Shown: positions 1 through 14,275, counted from the first letter of the stretch. The stretch is 64,000 bases of DNA from Moniliella sp. 'wahieum' (GCA_003971905.1 RSEE01000025.1:124001-188000); one strand, 5' to 3'. A program made the numbers and translations. Notes: generated by a model not told the origin, from the letters alone.

Positions 1-264
1 GAGCACATCCTCTTCCAACGGAGAATGCCGCTCTTCTTCGTCGGTAGGTGCAGGCGAGCCTGCTCTCGACCTTGCTCCGCATGTAGAGAGTCATTGGCCG
101 ACGGATGTTACCGTCGTGTGGAGTCGTACGTGGACTTAGCTGCCTTTCGCTCGCTCTTGGAGAGAGAGGCGAGAACATATACGTTGGTGTTCCAACAGGA
201 CTATTGCCATAGTGAGGCCGCGCCCGGACCCGTCGTGCAAAGGTAGGTTTTCCCTCCATGTCCA

Positions 265-3200
265 TCACCCCTGGACGCTGAGGGCCGGACGAACGTAGGC
301 CCGAGTTGGGATGCGGTCCTGCACCTGGATTGTGATGGGAAGCGAGAGGGGCAGCACCGGTACGTTGATGCAACGCCTCGTGCCCTTCCCCCCTCGAGTT
401 GGTGGTGCACCCTCAGCCTGTCCCTGGGCTTGTTTCTCGGCACCTTGACCAGTTTGGGCCATGTGCTCTTTGGCTTGAGCAACAAGATGCTTGGCCGACT
501 GGTGAAACATGGCGCAAATTAGCTGGGCCAATTCGTGCTGAGAAGGCACATCGTCGCAAGCGACCGCGACGGAGAACTCGCCAGCATACGAGATCATGCC
601 GATTGCGAGCGTCGATTTGCCCGGCGACGAGGGAGGCAGGACAAAGTAGCGTTGAGCGACATGGGGCCCAAACTGGACTGGTTTCGGCGGGCCAGGTACG
701 TTGGTGGCGATTTGGTACTCGCGTACGCCTTCTGGAAGACCTCGTGCACAAGGGGGTAGGAAGGCACAAAGAGAATGCGCCTGGCCGAGAGCACGTCGGC
801 CATCTCGTACCATACTCGGGGCAGATAGGATTTCTTGATGATTTCATCTCGTCGTGCACTTGCTGCAAACGCTGCTGAGCGGACAAGGCCGGGTTGAGCT
901 CAAACCAGGCAATCGCGCCGGTGGTCAAGTTGGTCAAGGAGTAGTCGCCCTTTCGCCGCAAACTGATGGGTACCATGATGGGAATTCGCTTGTCCTTGGG
1001 CGTGTTCCCGTCCGGGTTCGACTGCGCGGCCGCGAGGGCCATGGCCTTACTGAGTACAGCACAGGCCACATCATTCAACGTAAGTCGATCCTCAGGCGTC
1101 GAGAAGGCTTCGCGGACCAGCTTGATGTCCGCCATGGAGATCCCCTGCGAGTGCGCGTAGCGGCGGCCATACGCACGTTTTCTTGGTTGAGAATATGTAA
1201 ATCCTTACGTCGGCGGAAGTACAACCCCTTAACTGTGCGCACTCCATGACGCATTGTGCCGCCTAGCGAGGGCTTGACCCCGCGACTGCCGGGTATCTTA
1301 CGATCGGGCTGGGTATCGTACTTGTGCATCACCTCCGTCTTACTAGCACCAGTGGCCATCGCCTCGAGTGCGATGCCGTACGACTGAATTAGACCTTGTC
1401 CATCGGCCACACCATGGTGGATCTTAATCAACAATGCCGAGCGCGAGCCATCGTTGGTCTCGATCCCACGCACAATGAGCGCCTCCCACAACGGCTTAGC
1501 ATAATTATAGTGCCGGGCTAAGAATTTGCCCGCCTAGAGCGTATGCTCGCGTTAGCCTTTAAATTCAACGCTGGTAGTGTAAGGACCCAGAGAGGAAAGA
1601 AGAGGTGAACGTACAATGTCAAACAACGCAGCGTCATCATTCTCGGGCGCAACACAGTCAAGTGTCTCGATATTCTCCCTTACGTCAAAGTCGTCAAGGA
1701 TGCGCCATTTGGCGGGACGGAACTTACTGCCCACCTTGAGAGTGTGGGCCCATTTTGTGCGCCGACCATCGTCAAAGTGGGACTTGCGGGCCCGGATGCC
1801 AGCCTCCTTGAACAGCCGCTGGCGATCGTCCGCCGCGGCACTCGTGGTGGGTTCTTCCGGCAACTGTTGATCACCAGCAACAGCGGATTCGTGTTGGGAG
1901 GGATGAAGGCAGGCGGTCCTCGGGCTAGGCGGTTCAATGCCCGATCGTGATCGACGGCTTTGCGCGGGTCCATCTCCAAGACGTACCGATATTTAGGGAA
2001 AAGCTGAACCAGTTTCTCAAAGAAAGCTACCACTGTCGGGGTATCCAGTACTGATTCGAACATGTAGATCGAAAAGGTGTTGAGTGGTACACATCGTCCT
2101 CAATCAAGAAGAACATTTGGTCCACTCCAGTTAACGACTTGGTCCTCTTCATCCGGAACGGATTGGGGGTAGTCGCATGATGCATCGAGTAGCGCTCCAA
2201 GAAAGCAGCGTGGGACAATTTTTCTGCCTTTGCCTCGTCGGCTTCGCCTGCGACAGGACGGGACCGAGTCTGTTCTTCATCAGGGCCCTCGGCTGCTTTT
2301 GCTCCTGGCCCACTGGTACCAAACGCATCCCGGACAAGTTTGAAGATCGGTTGCGCTTCGCTGGAACATGCTGCTTCTCTTCTTGCCGTCGATTATCCCC
2401 CAGCTTTGGACGTGCCTCGGCAACAGGCCGGTATAACCTTTCATCACGGGCTGCGGGGACAAGCCCTGGAGCGGGTCGTTGAGGCGTCGTTTGGGCACCT
2501 TCAATGTGGGGATGCGGACGATAAAAATGCGAGTGCAAATCGTGAGCCGGTAATTCGGTCTCTGGAGTGTGCCGATGAGACACCCTGCGGCGACGCGGTT
2601 CCAGCTCGTCTGCCCACTCCGCATCTCGCTCATCCACCAGTTTTTTCGCCGCTGTCGAACCACGTACGGAACGGGGGAGCCAACTCTAAACCCGGTGCAT
2701 CCCAATCAGCCGCACGCAATCCATCCCGGCGCATCTGGGCCCGTCGTCGCGTGGACAAAGAACGCTGTGGGTCGCTGGGGCCCCGGCGGCTGCTGTAGTA
2801 GCGCTCACGCAGATCATGGCTGTGTGGCAGACCATGGAGACGGTAGGGGCGAGCCGAATGCTGCAAACGGGAAGGTTGGGTTCAACATGTCATCCTTTGA
2901 TGCTTCCTCTAACGCTTTCTCCTCTTCTTGCTCATCAAGCCAATTGGACGGGCCAACCGAGCATTGCGTTTCGGCTCTCCCACACCCTCATACACAACAG
3001 AAGTAGGGCGTGCGCGCGAGGACAAGCCACCAAGCCGATTAGCTAGCGGTGAAGTAGGCGACGAATGTTTCGAGGTACCGACCTTGTCTGGCTGCTGCGA
3101 GGTGTTGGACGTGGACGCCCTTGTATGGGCTGGGTATTTGACCACGGATTCCACCCGCGGAAGGTCCCGCCTGGTTCGTGCTGTAGGAGACCGCAGAATG

Positions 3201-4101
3201 CTGGGGGACACCTCCGCATCATTCTCATCCTCTTCAAGCTGCATCTGGGCCTGCGAATGGGCGCGAGATTCGAACGAAGCTGAGGGGATCCGGGAGAAAA
3301 AGGGGAGAAAAGGCGATGAGGGTCAGATAACGGGCTGGGAATTGATTGACTTGCCCACATACGCGCCATCGGCGGCTCGACAGACGTGGGAGTGAAAGAT
3401 GGATTGGACATTGGGCGAAGGCGGTGGGGCTCTTGCTGTGCTGATGGAGGGGCTGGAGTGGATTGGTGGGCGGAATGGCTTCCATGGTGTGCGTCCGACG
3501 AGGGGGTATGTGAGTGGCGGGTATAGTTCTCTTGCGGCGGAGGCAGATCGCTCTTGATCCAAGCGCGCGGATGAGACCCAACGGGGGTGGGGTCATCCTC
3601 AAAGCCTGAAAGGGGTCGTCTCTTTCGAGTCGAATGTCGCTTCTGTACAGGGACATCGTTCGCCTCATCTGCCCCCGCTCCATGCCGGGGACCCGACTGG
3701 AGGGCCACTGCATCATCGGGACTCAATGGGCCGGAAGATGGAGCACTGCCTTGAGGCAGACCAAGCTCTTCCTCGTCCAGGACAGCATTGAGGCGGCGGG
3801 TCGACTTGGCCCTGCGCCTACGCTCATGGGCATGCTCCCGACCCAGCAGCTCTGAGCCCATTTCTGTCGGCGACAGGGATGATGGTGGCTGTCTGGTGCG
3901 CTGGACGTGTGGCTCCGAAGCATGCTCTGGTAGGGTGCGTGCGCGCCGAGGGCCTGCGTGTGGAAGGTAGTGATGGGGTGGGTGCGGAGGCGGGGCGGAG
4001 GACCGCAGGGCTGAGGCGCGGTTGGGGGAGCGGGCGGCGGCGCGCTCAGCTCGGATGCGAGTGCGCTGATCGGCGGCCGATCCGTGCGCGTGGGCAGCCA
4101 T
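265..4101 (-). CDS. WS/DGAT-family (wax ester synthase/diacylglycerol acyltransferase) protein with long low-complexity N-terminal extension; frameshifted, at least one intron
   Basis: Catalytic HHxxxDG motif (LLIKIHHGVADGQG, ~1399-1419). N-terminal LTGVDQMFFLIED, then LTLNDVACAVL, IPIMVPISLR and C-terminal TNVPGP..ISYAGEFSVAVACD. Intron 1614..1534 (GTACGT..TAG). Coding-like sequence continues upstream through frameshifts to ATG 4101; that this is the same gene is less certain than the domain call. Confidence 0.75.
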
Positions 4102-4665
4102 GAGCGCCGAGGCGGGGGGAAGAGGAGGAGGGAAGGGGAAGGGGAAGAAGAAGAGACGGGGAAGGGAAAGAAGAAGAGACGGGGAAGGGGGCTACTGGGA
4201 TGGTCGGCCGCTTACTGATGCATGGTAACTCAGTGGCTATCTCAACCAAGAATCCGAGCAAAGACACAGATGTGCTAGCTGTCTCCCAGCCGAGGCCCGT
4301 GGCTGACTAGTAGTGACTGTGGTACTTTCGTCTAAGCAAAACCTGGATCTGAAGATGACGTCGTGCCGTCCGATAATGCGCAACTGAAAGTTTGAGGCCT
4401 GGGCCTGCAGTATATAGATTGCGCAAAGTTGCTGCTCGACAAGCCCATTCGTTCGTGCACACGCCAGCAGCAAGAAGAGGCACGCGCCCCAGTAGGACGC
4501 CGACAACTCTGCCAGCGGCCAGCAGCAACCGCGCCTCCGTCTCTGCTGCGATCCAGATGTGCAGATGTAATCGCCCATGGCCGTCCGGTCTGCATTCGTA
4601 GTACACCAACCAGGGAGTGTGGGCTCATGCACTCAGTACGCAGCACTCGGTTGAGTCCCCAGTCT

Positions 4666-7600
4666 TCACTCGGGGGCAGGAACCACAATCATTCGGAGCC
4701 CCGAATCCATCGCAACATCCTCCCCATCCTCCTCCGCATCCTTCTCCGCCACATCCTCGCCCTCGCCCTCGCTGTCGCTTTCCGCCATCCCCGCCACCGC
4801 ATCCAGCGCATGCAGCGTGTAGTCCAGCACCGCCGCCTCTGTCCACAGTCGGTCAGAGCGCGCATAGTGCCGCTCCGTATAGGGTCGCAGCGCCGCTAGC
4901 AACGCCGGTGCGTCCATCCGCAGGGCAAACTTGTCTTCTTCCACCGCGTCCGCCGTAGAAGTAGAAGTGGCGGTCGTGTCGAGCGCACGCAGGAGCCAGG
5001 CGGCGCTGTGCAGTCGCAACAGCGCGTGCAGCACCGTCTGCGCCACCCCGGCCGTGCGCGCCGCCGTATTCCAATCGCGCACGTGGTGCAGCAGTCGCGC
5101 TGCCTCTTGGGGCTCGAGCGACCCCAGCACCTCATCTACCGCGACCTGGCCCGTGATCGAGAGCGCATCCTTCTGCTCTGGGGTAGCGGCAGTGCCTTGG
5201 GTCCCGGCAACGGCGTGCCCAGCATCGACGCCAAGAGTGCCCCCGCTGCCGCTGACTCGGCGCCGACGCCAGTCTCCTTGGGCAAGCGCGGACGCAGGCC
5301 AGCGACGAGCGTAAAGAGTTCCAACAGCCGACGCGGATGGTTCCGCTTCAACGCCAACTTGATCGCGCCCGACCAATCGTGCGCAGCGAGTTTGGTCTCA
5401 AACTCTTGTTCTCTGGAAGCAGTGGCATGTCAGTCAGTCTCTCGTTCGCTTTCTCTCGGCTTGAGACCAGAGAAAAGGGGGAATGGAAATACGCACTGCT
5501 CTACCTTCTCGGCCCGTTTGCGTTGCTCTTCCTGCTTGCGTTGCTGCGTCACGTCATCCCACACCCGCACCCGCGCATCTGCACCAACCGACACGACCCG
5601 GGTCACCGGGTTGCGCACCTCGGCGTCCTCTACCGCCGCAGCCTCGGCGCTCGTCGGCGGCAAGACGGCCAGACCAAACACCGAGGTGAAGTGAGCATCC
5701 CCGGTCCACAGACACGTTTCGTCCTTGACCGACCAGAGCTTGATCAAGCCGTCGGAACTGGAGGTGAGCAGCTGGGTGCCCGCGCGGCAAACTCGACGCG
5801 CAACACAGCAGCCGAGTGACCCTCAAACGTGCGCACACACTGCACCTCCCCTTGGCCTCCTGAACCCCCCGATCCAGCAAGCGCCGTTGCGCCCAACACC
5901 TGCGGCGGCGGCAAAGCCCACAGCCGCGCCACCCGGTCCCCGCCGCCCGTCGCAAACGCCCGATCTGACGGACTGAATCGTACCGCCCATACCCCGCGTT
6001 TGTGGCCCTTGACCGTCGCGACCGGGACCAACGCTGCGGACGCACCCCGGTTAGCACCCTTCTTTTTGTGGCTCGGTGGGTGAAGGAGAGCTGAAACAGA
6101 CGCGCCGTACGATCTTGCGAGCCGGTCAGCACCAGTCCATTGTCCGGCGCAACATCTACCGCATTGATGTCGCGTTCGTGCACCTTGAGCGTCGTGAGCG
6201 AAGCAAGGCGGATGGGCTCGGTTTGGTCAGGTCGCGGTAAGCGCCGCCAGCGGACTCAGTCCCACACCTTGACGGTCCGATCCGAACTGGCACTAACCAA
6301 GAACGGGGGCAACTCGGTGGCCGGATCGGGACGCGGGGCAAAGCGAATGGCGCCGACGGACTCGGTGTGGCCCGAGGCGATGGCCAAGCACCGCCAGCCT
6401 TGCGCAGCCTCGGAACCCGGCTTGCCGTCCGCGGCCGTAGCCGAGCCAGACGCGTCACATGCCCACACCCGCACAGTCCGATCCCTGCTGGCGGTCGCGA
6501 GCCATTGGCCATTCGGCGAGGAAGCCAGAGCAAGGACCATGCCGTGTGCCCGGCCAAGAGCGCTGTCGACGCATAGCCCCCCGCTCGGTCCGGCGCACGC
6601 CCAAGGCAGCGGGCAAACGCGCAACATGAACTTCAGGTACATTCGTCGCCAGCGCCACGTGCGTGCTGGTCTTGGTCCCCAGTGGGTTAACGAGCGCTAC
6701 ATCGGCCAACTGGTCCTCGGTGCCGATCAACAGCTGGGCCAAGTGGAGCGGTCGCTCAGCCAGGGGCGTGGGGGCGGCCGTTGAGCCCTGGTGAACCAAG
6801 GTGGGACAGGTGCGTACAGCAAAAGTTTGGTCCATCTGGACAGTGATGAGAGTGATAAGGTTTCCCAGCGTAGCTGAGGGCAAGGAGAAGGGGGGAATGA
6901 GATGCACCTGCTGGACGGCATGCACATCGTCGTCGCCCTCCTTGGGAGGCGGACCAAGAGATGGAGCAGCAACCACAACCTGCCCACGAGAGAAGGACCA
7001 AAGTCGGAGCAATCCCTTTGACCCAGCCGAGTAGAACAGTCTTGGGAAGTTGCCTCTTCCGGTGAGACCGTCTCACCCCTTGGAACAAAGAGGGCAGGGC
7101 AAGGTAAGAACCCACGCTCTCAATTCCCTCTGAACAATCAATCACTTCTTTTTGTTTCCACGATGCTGCACTCTGGAGCGAGCCGGAAGACACGGGCGCA
7201 AGGTTCTTGAACGACTTGTCGGTTGACGAAGGGTACAGGCGCCGCGCCCACAGTCCAATTGTCGTGTCTCGCGACGAAGTGACCAACTTGCTCCCATCCT
7301 CCGACACACTCAGGCCTCGGACGACCGAATCATGCAACTCCAGCGTGGCCGCTGGTTTTTGCTGTACCGCGCCGCGCTCTGTATCTTGGTGGCTCGCGCT
7401 CTTGCGCTTCTTTTTGGAGTGTTTGCTGCCTTCCTCCGTCTCGACCGCTTGCAACAGGTCCCACACGCGTACCCGTCCATCCACCGCGCCCGTCACGAGC
7501 TCTAGCCTCCGTTCCCCCACCGGCGCATGACGTGGAAGAGGGAGAAAAAGCACAGCGCCGACACGGGACCGCCATGACCACGGAGAACATGGGTGACAAA

Positions 7601-8460
7601 CCCACCAGCTACGTCCCATACCTTGACCATCCCATCGGCCGAGCCGGTGGCCAGCAAATTGACCGGGACCGAGTTGGGGGTGGCAGACTTGGACTTGGAC
7701 TGGAACGAGGACGAAGGCTGGGCTTGGGATTGGGCATGAAGGTCGTGCCAAGCACGGAGGGAGCGGTTCAGGTCCTGCGACGTTCGCATCACCAGGATCG
7801 GCGCTTCGTGCGCCTTGGCCGTGGAGCGAGCCAGGTCGACTTTTACTTCCACGTTAGGTCCACGGTAAAGACGCGCACAGTGTAGGTGCGAAGAAAGCGC
7901 GCTTGGGTAGCAACCAAGAGAGTGGTCGAAGCCACAAGCGAAGCCTGCTCTGATGCCCTTGCGTCCTCTCCTCCTCCTCCTCCTCTTCCTCCCCCGAGAC
8001 AGAGGGGGGTGCAGGCCACTTGGAGTCGGCCAAGGCAACCGTCTGCACCGCGTCGCCATCGCCCAACGGTTTGTCGGGGTCTTCCTCGGCCAGCTCCGCG
8101 GGGGTGGCCAGCCCCTTGTGAGTGATCCGGCCCACGGTTTGCGCCGTGGTGGAAAGTGTAACCGCCACCGTATCGTCCAGGGCGGTGAACAGGAGCGCTG
8201 CGGACGGACCCATGTCGGTGGAGAAAAGAAGAGGCAACGCTGCTGTGCCATTGCCGGTGGCGCTGCCCGTGTAGAAGGGCGCAAAGGTGGCCGAGGGGCC
8301 GAGCGCGGCCATGGGGGCGTCGGCGGCCTGCGGGGCGGTGGAGGGCCCGCAGAGGGGGCGGGCTCTCCAGCCGCATCGGCCGGAACGTCGGCCGCGGAAA
8401 TGGCCTGCCGGCCATGACGGCGGCGAGCTGGGCAGGCGTCAAGACGGCAGCATCGGCCAT
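4666..8460 (-). CDS. UTP13: U3 snoRNP/SSU processome WD40 protein Utp13 (TBL3)
   Basis: Many WD40 repeats ([63 protein letters not shown]). Utp13 C-terminal domain ([29 protein letters not shown]). Intron ~5496..5413. Confidence 0.9.
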
Positions 8461-8524
8461 CGCGGTCGAGGGAGGTGGTTTGGACCAGGAAGAGGGCGCC
8501 CCCGTGACGTTTTGCGGCGGCCAC

Positions 8525-8614
8525 TGCAAAAAAATTTGCACCGGAGCACGAATGTTTCAGAAACATATATCTGATTAGGTCAGCCCCAGTACACGCCAGG
8601 ATGCTGAGCTCATC
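8525..8614 (-). promoter_or_regulatory. RRPE-like (8525-8538) and PAC-like GATGAGCT (8607-8614) elements upstream of UTP13
   Basis: TGCAAAAAAATTTG and AGCTCATC (GATGAGCT on the minus strand) lie 65-155 bp upstream of a ribosome-biogenesis gene and resemble the yeast RRPE/PAC motifs. Confidence 0.45.
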
Positions 8615-9280
8615 CGCCCGGCGCACGGCCGCTGTCTGCTTCTCAAATGTAGTGCTTTAGTATATCAATCGGCATGCAGCATGGATCGAGGATCGCCTCG
8701 TTCAGACACCAACAATAACCCTCTTGCCGATGGGCCTGGCGTTTCTTCTATTCTTGCTGCGTCTTGGTGGCCGAATGTCTGTCTTCCATGGGTCGATCCG
8801 CAGCGACAGTGCCGTGTGGTTCCTTTAAACACTCAACGCCCTGCACCCCGCTTGCTTCCTCCCGAGTTTTCTACCCGGACATCATCCTCGTCGTATAGGG
8901 CCCCGCGGTGGTGTGCGCGGCCGACCAACTATGGATGCATTATTTCGCGATGCGTCCGAGCATTTCCATCCAATATTCTCTCGAACCAAGAAAAAAGAAA
9001 GGCATCTCGTGATGATAGGTAGGCACGCTGCCAGGCAGCAATGGCAAAACGCACGCTCTCGCCGCACCGGCAAAAGAGATGGTGTGATGCTTCAGCACCC
9101 ATAAGGACCCGTGACAGAAAGAGCCAAGAACAAATGAGGGGATATGACGGCAGCATGGCCGACAAAACGATCATACAGATGCAGATGGCAGATGGTAGAC
9201 GGCAGATGACATATGGTAGATGCGGGCAAGGGGGGGAAGGGGATGAGAGGGAAATGTCCAATTGATGTAAGCCCACCATG

Positions 9281-12200
9281 TTACTCCTCGTCCAGCATCA
9301 AAACTTCGGCGCTTTGGCCTTCGACGATGCGGCGCGAGTGCATGCTTGCGTTCACGCTTCCACTCGACTTGTTCCTGCCTGGGAGCAAGGTGAACCAAAC
9401 CCTGGCTGGGCGCGGCAGATCGCACAGGCGACGAAACTCGTTCCACGGGATCGGCAGTGGAATACATGTCGGCAGCCGAGATGGGCGCCGAGGGGCCGTG
9501 GGTCGCTGCCAAGTGGGAGGGGACCCGAGGGGCAGAAGAGTGGATCCGCTCCGGCTCCTTTCGCGCTCCTGGGTACCGGGGAGATGCGGCGGGGTGCGAA
9601 GGCGAGGCGGCCGTGAGGGCCGCTTGGAATTCAGGCGAGTCGGACGGCAGCCAAAACATGCTGTCCGACATGGGCTCGGAGGAATGGGTGCTCTCGGAAA
9701 GGGAGTAGAGTTGTTGCGGGGTCCGGATCTGGGCCTTGACGTGCGCACTCCGAGGCGTGCCTGGCTCCGAGTCGAGCGTGCCTGCCGTCGCAACCGACGC
9801 GCTGCGGAACGCTTGCTTGCTCCCTTGCGATCCACTTGCCACGCTCCTGCTTTGGAAGACACGGCGCCATCGGGAACCACCTCGAGCTGCATTCAGTCGA
9901 GGCAGGTGTGGCGGCTGCCTCCTTCGTCGTGGGGTCGCCTCGGGTTCGCCTGCGCAGCAAGAGCAGAGAGGGTGCCCCTGGGAGGACGCACGACCGAAAA
10001 TCCAGGCGTGCTCTCTGTCCCGACCGACATGGGTGTCAACTCGTTGGTCTCCTCCGTGTCGCTGGCGCGGGGAGCGGGCTTGGGAGCCAAGCGGCGGAAG
10101 AAACCCCATTTGGATTTGGATGTGGCAGCAGAGGGCGGGAGCCCGCTGCTTCCTCCACACCATCCTCCTCGTCCGACGAGCTCAGCGTCTCGTGATCCGA
10201 ATCGAGCGCGACACGACGCCACCACAGCCCCCGCCAAAGCGCTTGTCCACGCGCTCGCGGGACGAGCCGGCCGACTCGCCACCAAAGACGGCCGTGTCGT
10301 ACGGTATCGCTCCCTCGTCCGTCGCACGACCACCACCCAGACGGACAAAGCCATTGGGTTTCGTCTCCCCTTGGTCCCCTTCCCGACGCAAAGGCGGGAG
10401 GGCAGACATGATCCCCCCCTCATCAGTGGATCGGAAGCAAAGTAGGCAGCAAAGGGGCCGGACGAATAATCGTTCGGAGTCACCTTGGAGCCCATCAGCG
10501 TCATGCTGGGCGTCCGGCTTCGGGGCGGTACCGGTTGCGCCTTGGGTTTCTTCCGATGGGATACAAGGCGGGTTTTGTACTTGCGTCGACGGATGCGGTG
10601 CATCGTGCCGCCCAAGCCAGTGTTGCGAGAAGACTTATTGTCGTCAAACGACACGTGCCAAGCAATGCGTACCAGTGCCTCCACCAGCTTGACCACAAAA
10701 GCAAAAACAAACCCGGCCGCCACGATGGCTTGAATGAGGAAGAGGACGAGTGATCCACCCGCGTGCCGGAGTAGATAAGTCAATCAAGGAACTAAGAAGC
10801 AGCACGAGGACAGCCGTCGAGATCCGAGCCACGCTCCACATGAAACTCAATGGCGCCATTGCGGCCCCATCGCCCCAGGGCAGCCAGAGGATGTAAGCTA
10901 ATGCCAAGAGGAGCTCGAGGACGAGCATTATGATTGCTTGCGTCGAGCCGCTCTTTTGGCCGGCGCCAATCACGATACCCAAGACGAGGGAGTGGGCGAA
11001 AGTGATGATGGGAAAAAGTGGGAGTTGCCGTCATAGTAGTTGTACAATGGTCCATAACTCAGGAGCAGCTGCTTGTCTGACCACAGTACTGACGCCTCAT
11101 GTGCGCACAGCCGCCAAAGTACAAATACCGGCGCCAAAACACAAAAGAAGGCAAATGAGAGCGCGCAAGCCGTGGTGCCGGGATGGGACGAGGCAAAGTT
11201 GCTGAAGTGGTAAACGCTCGTAATGGTCAGCGGCAAGTGAAACAAAACCAACAGGCGCAGAAGGTTGCCCATGTAGGCATTAATGTGGGAGCCAAATAGG
11301 CGTTGGAGCGTCTGGTTCAGTCGTCCGTGTCCTCCCTTTTCTGGCTCGCTGCCGCTCGCTGAGATCAAAAGAGTATCCCTGGTCCCGCTGCCGGCGGTGG
11401 AGGGAGCGAGTGTAGCCCCTGTCGAGGATCCAGACCACCAGACTGGCAATGGTCACCACACCGACCATGATGAGCCAGATGGCCGTCGTGGTGCCAAACA
11501 CGTCCACAGCCCGCAAGCCGAGCATGCGCGCATAACTTTCCATGCCATACAAGGAGCCATTGAGGTTGAGGAACGTATTGGGCATCTGTGTGTCGAGGTA
11601 AAGCGGACTGGACTGGTTGGTCGTCATTTGCGTTGCAAAGTCAGGCGAGTTGGCCGAGGTCGCGGGGAGGAAAGCGTTGCTACTCAACGCTGGGCGTCGG
11701 TTCACCCCCTGTGGTTGGACGAGGGTTACGTTGCCCAAGAGCGACGCCCAGGCAGTTTGACGAAAGTAGGGATAGGCATACTCGGGCCACGCACAGCCAT
11801 CATGCTTAGGACACTGACAAACTGGATGTAGAGCAACAGGTCGGCAAAGCCGGTGTAACAAAGCGCAGCAGCGCAGGGCTCTGAATAACCGACCTACCAC
11901 CCCACATCGGTCACGGTCGGCGCCACCTTGTCCTTCCACAAGTTGGGCTCGCCTCCAGGTCGAGCCTTGTGCTTAAAAGCCAAGTTTTGCAGGGTAATCG
12001 ATGTGACCGTTCGCGATACGATGGCCAAGACAAAATAGGCAATCACCAGCGCAGCGGGGAGCCAGAGGAACAAATCCCAGTACCATGCATGTTGCTTATA
12101 TGGCGAAACAACCACATCAACGCAGCTGATGTCCGAGCTGGGGTGGATGAGTCGCTGATGCGGATGCGTGTTTGGATCGAGCCCAGGACGTACTCGTGCT

Positions 12201-12979
12201 CCAACGGGACCGACACACCAAACGCAACTTGGCCAGGGCCGTAGCTGCAGGACTGATACTGCCCAGCCAAAGGGTGGCTATTGTCGGGACCAACAGGCCA
12301 GATGCGATCACATAAACTCTCCAGCTTGTGGGCGACTGGGAAGGTGAGAAAGTTGGCGTCTATCTCGACCGAGCCTGAGGGAGGGAGCATCAGCAACATG
12401 CTTCCCTGCAAGGGAAGTGGAAGAGGTACGTACTGACAAGGTGAGAGCCGTTTTGGACGGCGTTCGTCAAGGTATTGATGGCACCAAGGGCTACAATTTT
12501 GAGCTCGCCCTGAGCGGGAGAGCCGGGGGTATGGTTGGAAGGGTTGGTGTGGACAAAGACCGCAGAGATGTTGATGCGTGCGTCGGGTTCGACGATCTGG
12601 CTCGCCTGGATGTCACAGGAAGAAAATGAGATGTCGGTAGTGTGCATGTTGTGGCGGCCAGGTGCGACGGTGCGGTTGCCGTCGGTGGAGTAAGGCGCTT
12701 TGAACAGCCATGGCTCTGCCTGGTTGGTAAAGGAGAGCGCAGGGATGTTGGGAGTCACATCAGCACCAGAGCCCGAGCTGGCATGGCCAGGCCCGGCGCC
12801 GCTGCCTTGCAGGCCACCGTTCTGCTGGCGGGGAGGAGGAGGGGCTGGGGCCGGTGGGCGGCTGCAGAGCTGAGGAAGCCTAGGACGCCAACAGCGGCCA
12901 GGGCGAAGCGAGCAAGGTCTGGGCGGCGGTGGCGGCGACGGCGGCGGAGGCGGCGATGGGAGGGGTCGATGAAGGGCAT
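9281..12979 (-). CDS. FLC/TRP-like (flavin carrier, Pkd2-like) ER membrane protein
   Basis: Signal-like N-terminus (ARFALAAVGVLGFLSSAAA). TRP_N-like luminal region (ESLCDRIWP..CSYGPGQVAFGV..LGSIQTRIRISD). TRP-domain motifs TAWASLLGN, GMESYARMLGL, YGPLYNYY, multiple TM helices, disordered tail. Ends approximate. Confidence 0.8.
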
Positions 12980-14275
12980 GACCGCAGAAGGAGGAGCCAT
13001 GGCGGCGGCCAGCCGAAAGAAGAGGACGCGGTGCGGTGCTCGCCAGAGGGCGGATGGTGGAGGCGCTGCAGTGCTCTTTTTCGCCGGCTGCACTGCCATC
13101 CTGCCGCCGCAGGCTGTGCGCTGCCGTGCCTCCACCCCGCCCACCGCTGCAGGGGGCAGCATGCACATGTCAGCACTCCGCGGCGGCATCCCAGCGTTCA
13201 GCACTGCCAGGCACTGCCTCAGCGGGGCGGCTCAGCACACACCCTGACTCGCCCCCTGCGGCCTCTCCCACGTGCAGGGCAGGCCATGGCGCCTGTGTTA
13301 CGCTCGCATTTCCGACGACGGGGGTCACGCACCAGGCCAGTGTACCTTGGGTGCCCGCACCCGGGAACTTCTTCTGCCGGTAGCGATCGATCCGATCCGC
13401 TCAGATCTCCCAGGCTCAGTCCAGCAGCATCCGGCAGCAGCCCTCCTGAGCGCCTGGGCGCCTGCGCCAAAGACCCAGGGAGCGGCTGCTCTCCGTATCG
13501 GGTCACGTGCCAGGTCACGTGAGGCTCAGCCAGAGCCTGAACTCTCACATGTGGATCTGCGCCCGAGCGGCCGGTACATGGGCCTCTGGCCCATGCTCCG
13601 CACTTGCGACGACGTCACAGTTGTCGAACGCTGCATCCCAATGTCCCGCCAAACGAACGGTACCTCACCACCCCCCCGCCTTGGCTCCATGCTTCTTTCC
13701 TTCTGCCCGACTTCCCCCTGAGCTTCAGACTCCCACCGAACAGCGTCCCTGCTCTCCAGTATCTGTGACAACCACCCTCTGAACTCCGACTCCCCTCCCC
13801 CCCGGCTCGCGTCTCACGTTATGTAAGAAGAGGGCACCAAAATGTTGTTCGCACGTAACATGTAACAAGAGCAGACCTTATCGGGTCATTACCCCAGCCC
13901 GCAGCCCAGGCCCGCCAGGCCCCGGAAGACGACCTGTCCACAGACCCAAGTGAGCGCCGAGAGACCACAGCGTGCAAGTGAGGCGAGTGACGCAAATACA
14001 AAAGAGGTGCAAGCACGTGTAACAGGGAGGGAAGATATAAGAAGGGATAGTAAGAACCGAGTGAACTGCGTCCGGTGAATGGGGAATATGCATGTGGAAA
14101 AAAGAAACAAGTCGGCGGTTCGTCTCCTCTGTGCATCAGTGAGACGAATGGTGGTCAGCCTCAAAGGGATTGTCCATCATGGAAAAGACGAAAGCGTTGC
14201 ATCATCAGTTCGTGTCTGTCAACGACGCAGAACGGGTCAGAGGCCGGGAAAGCGCAACCGGGTGGAAAACGCACG

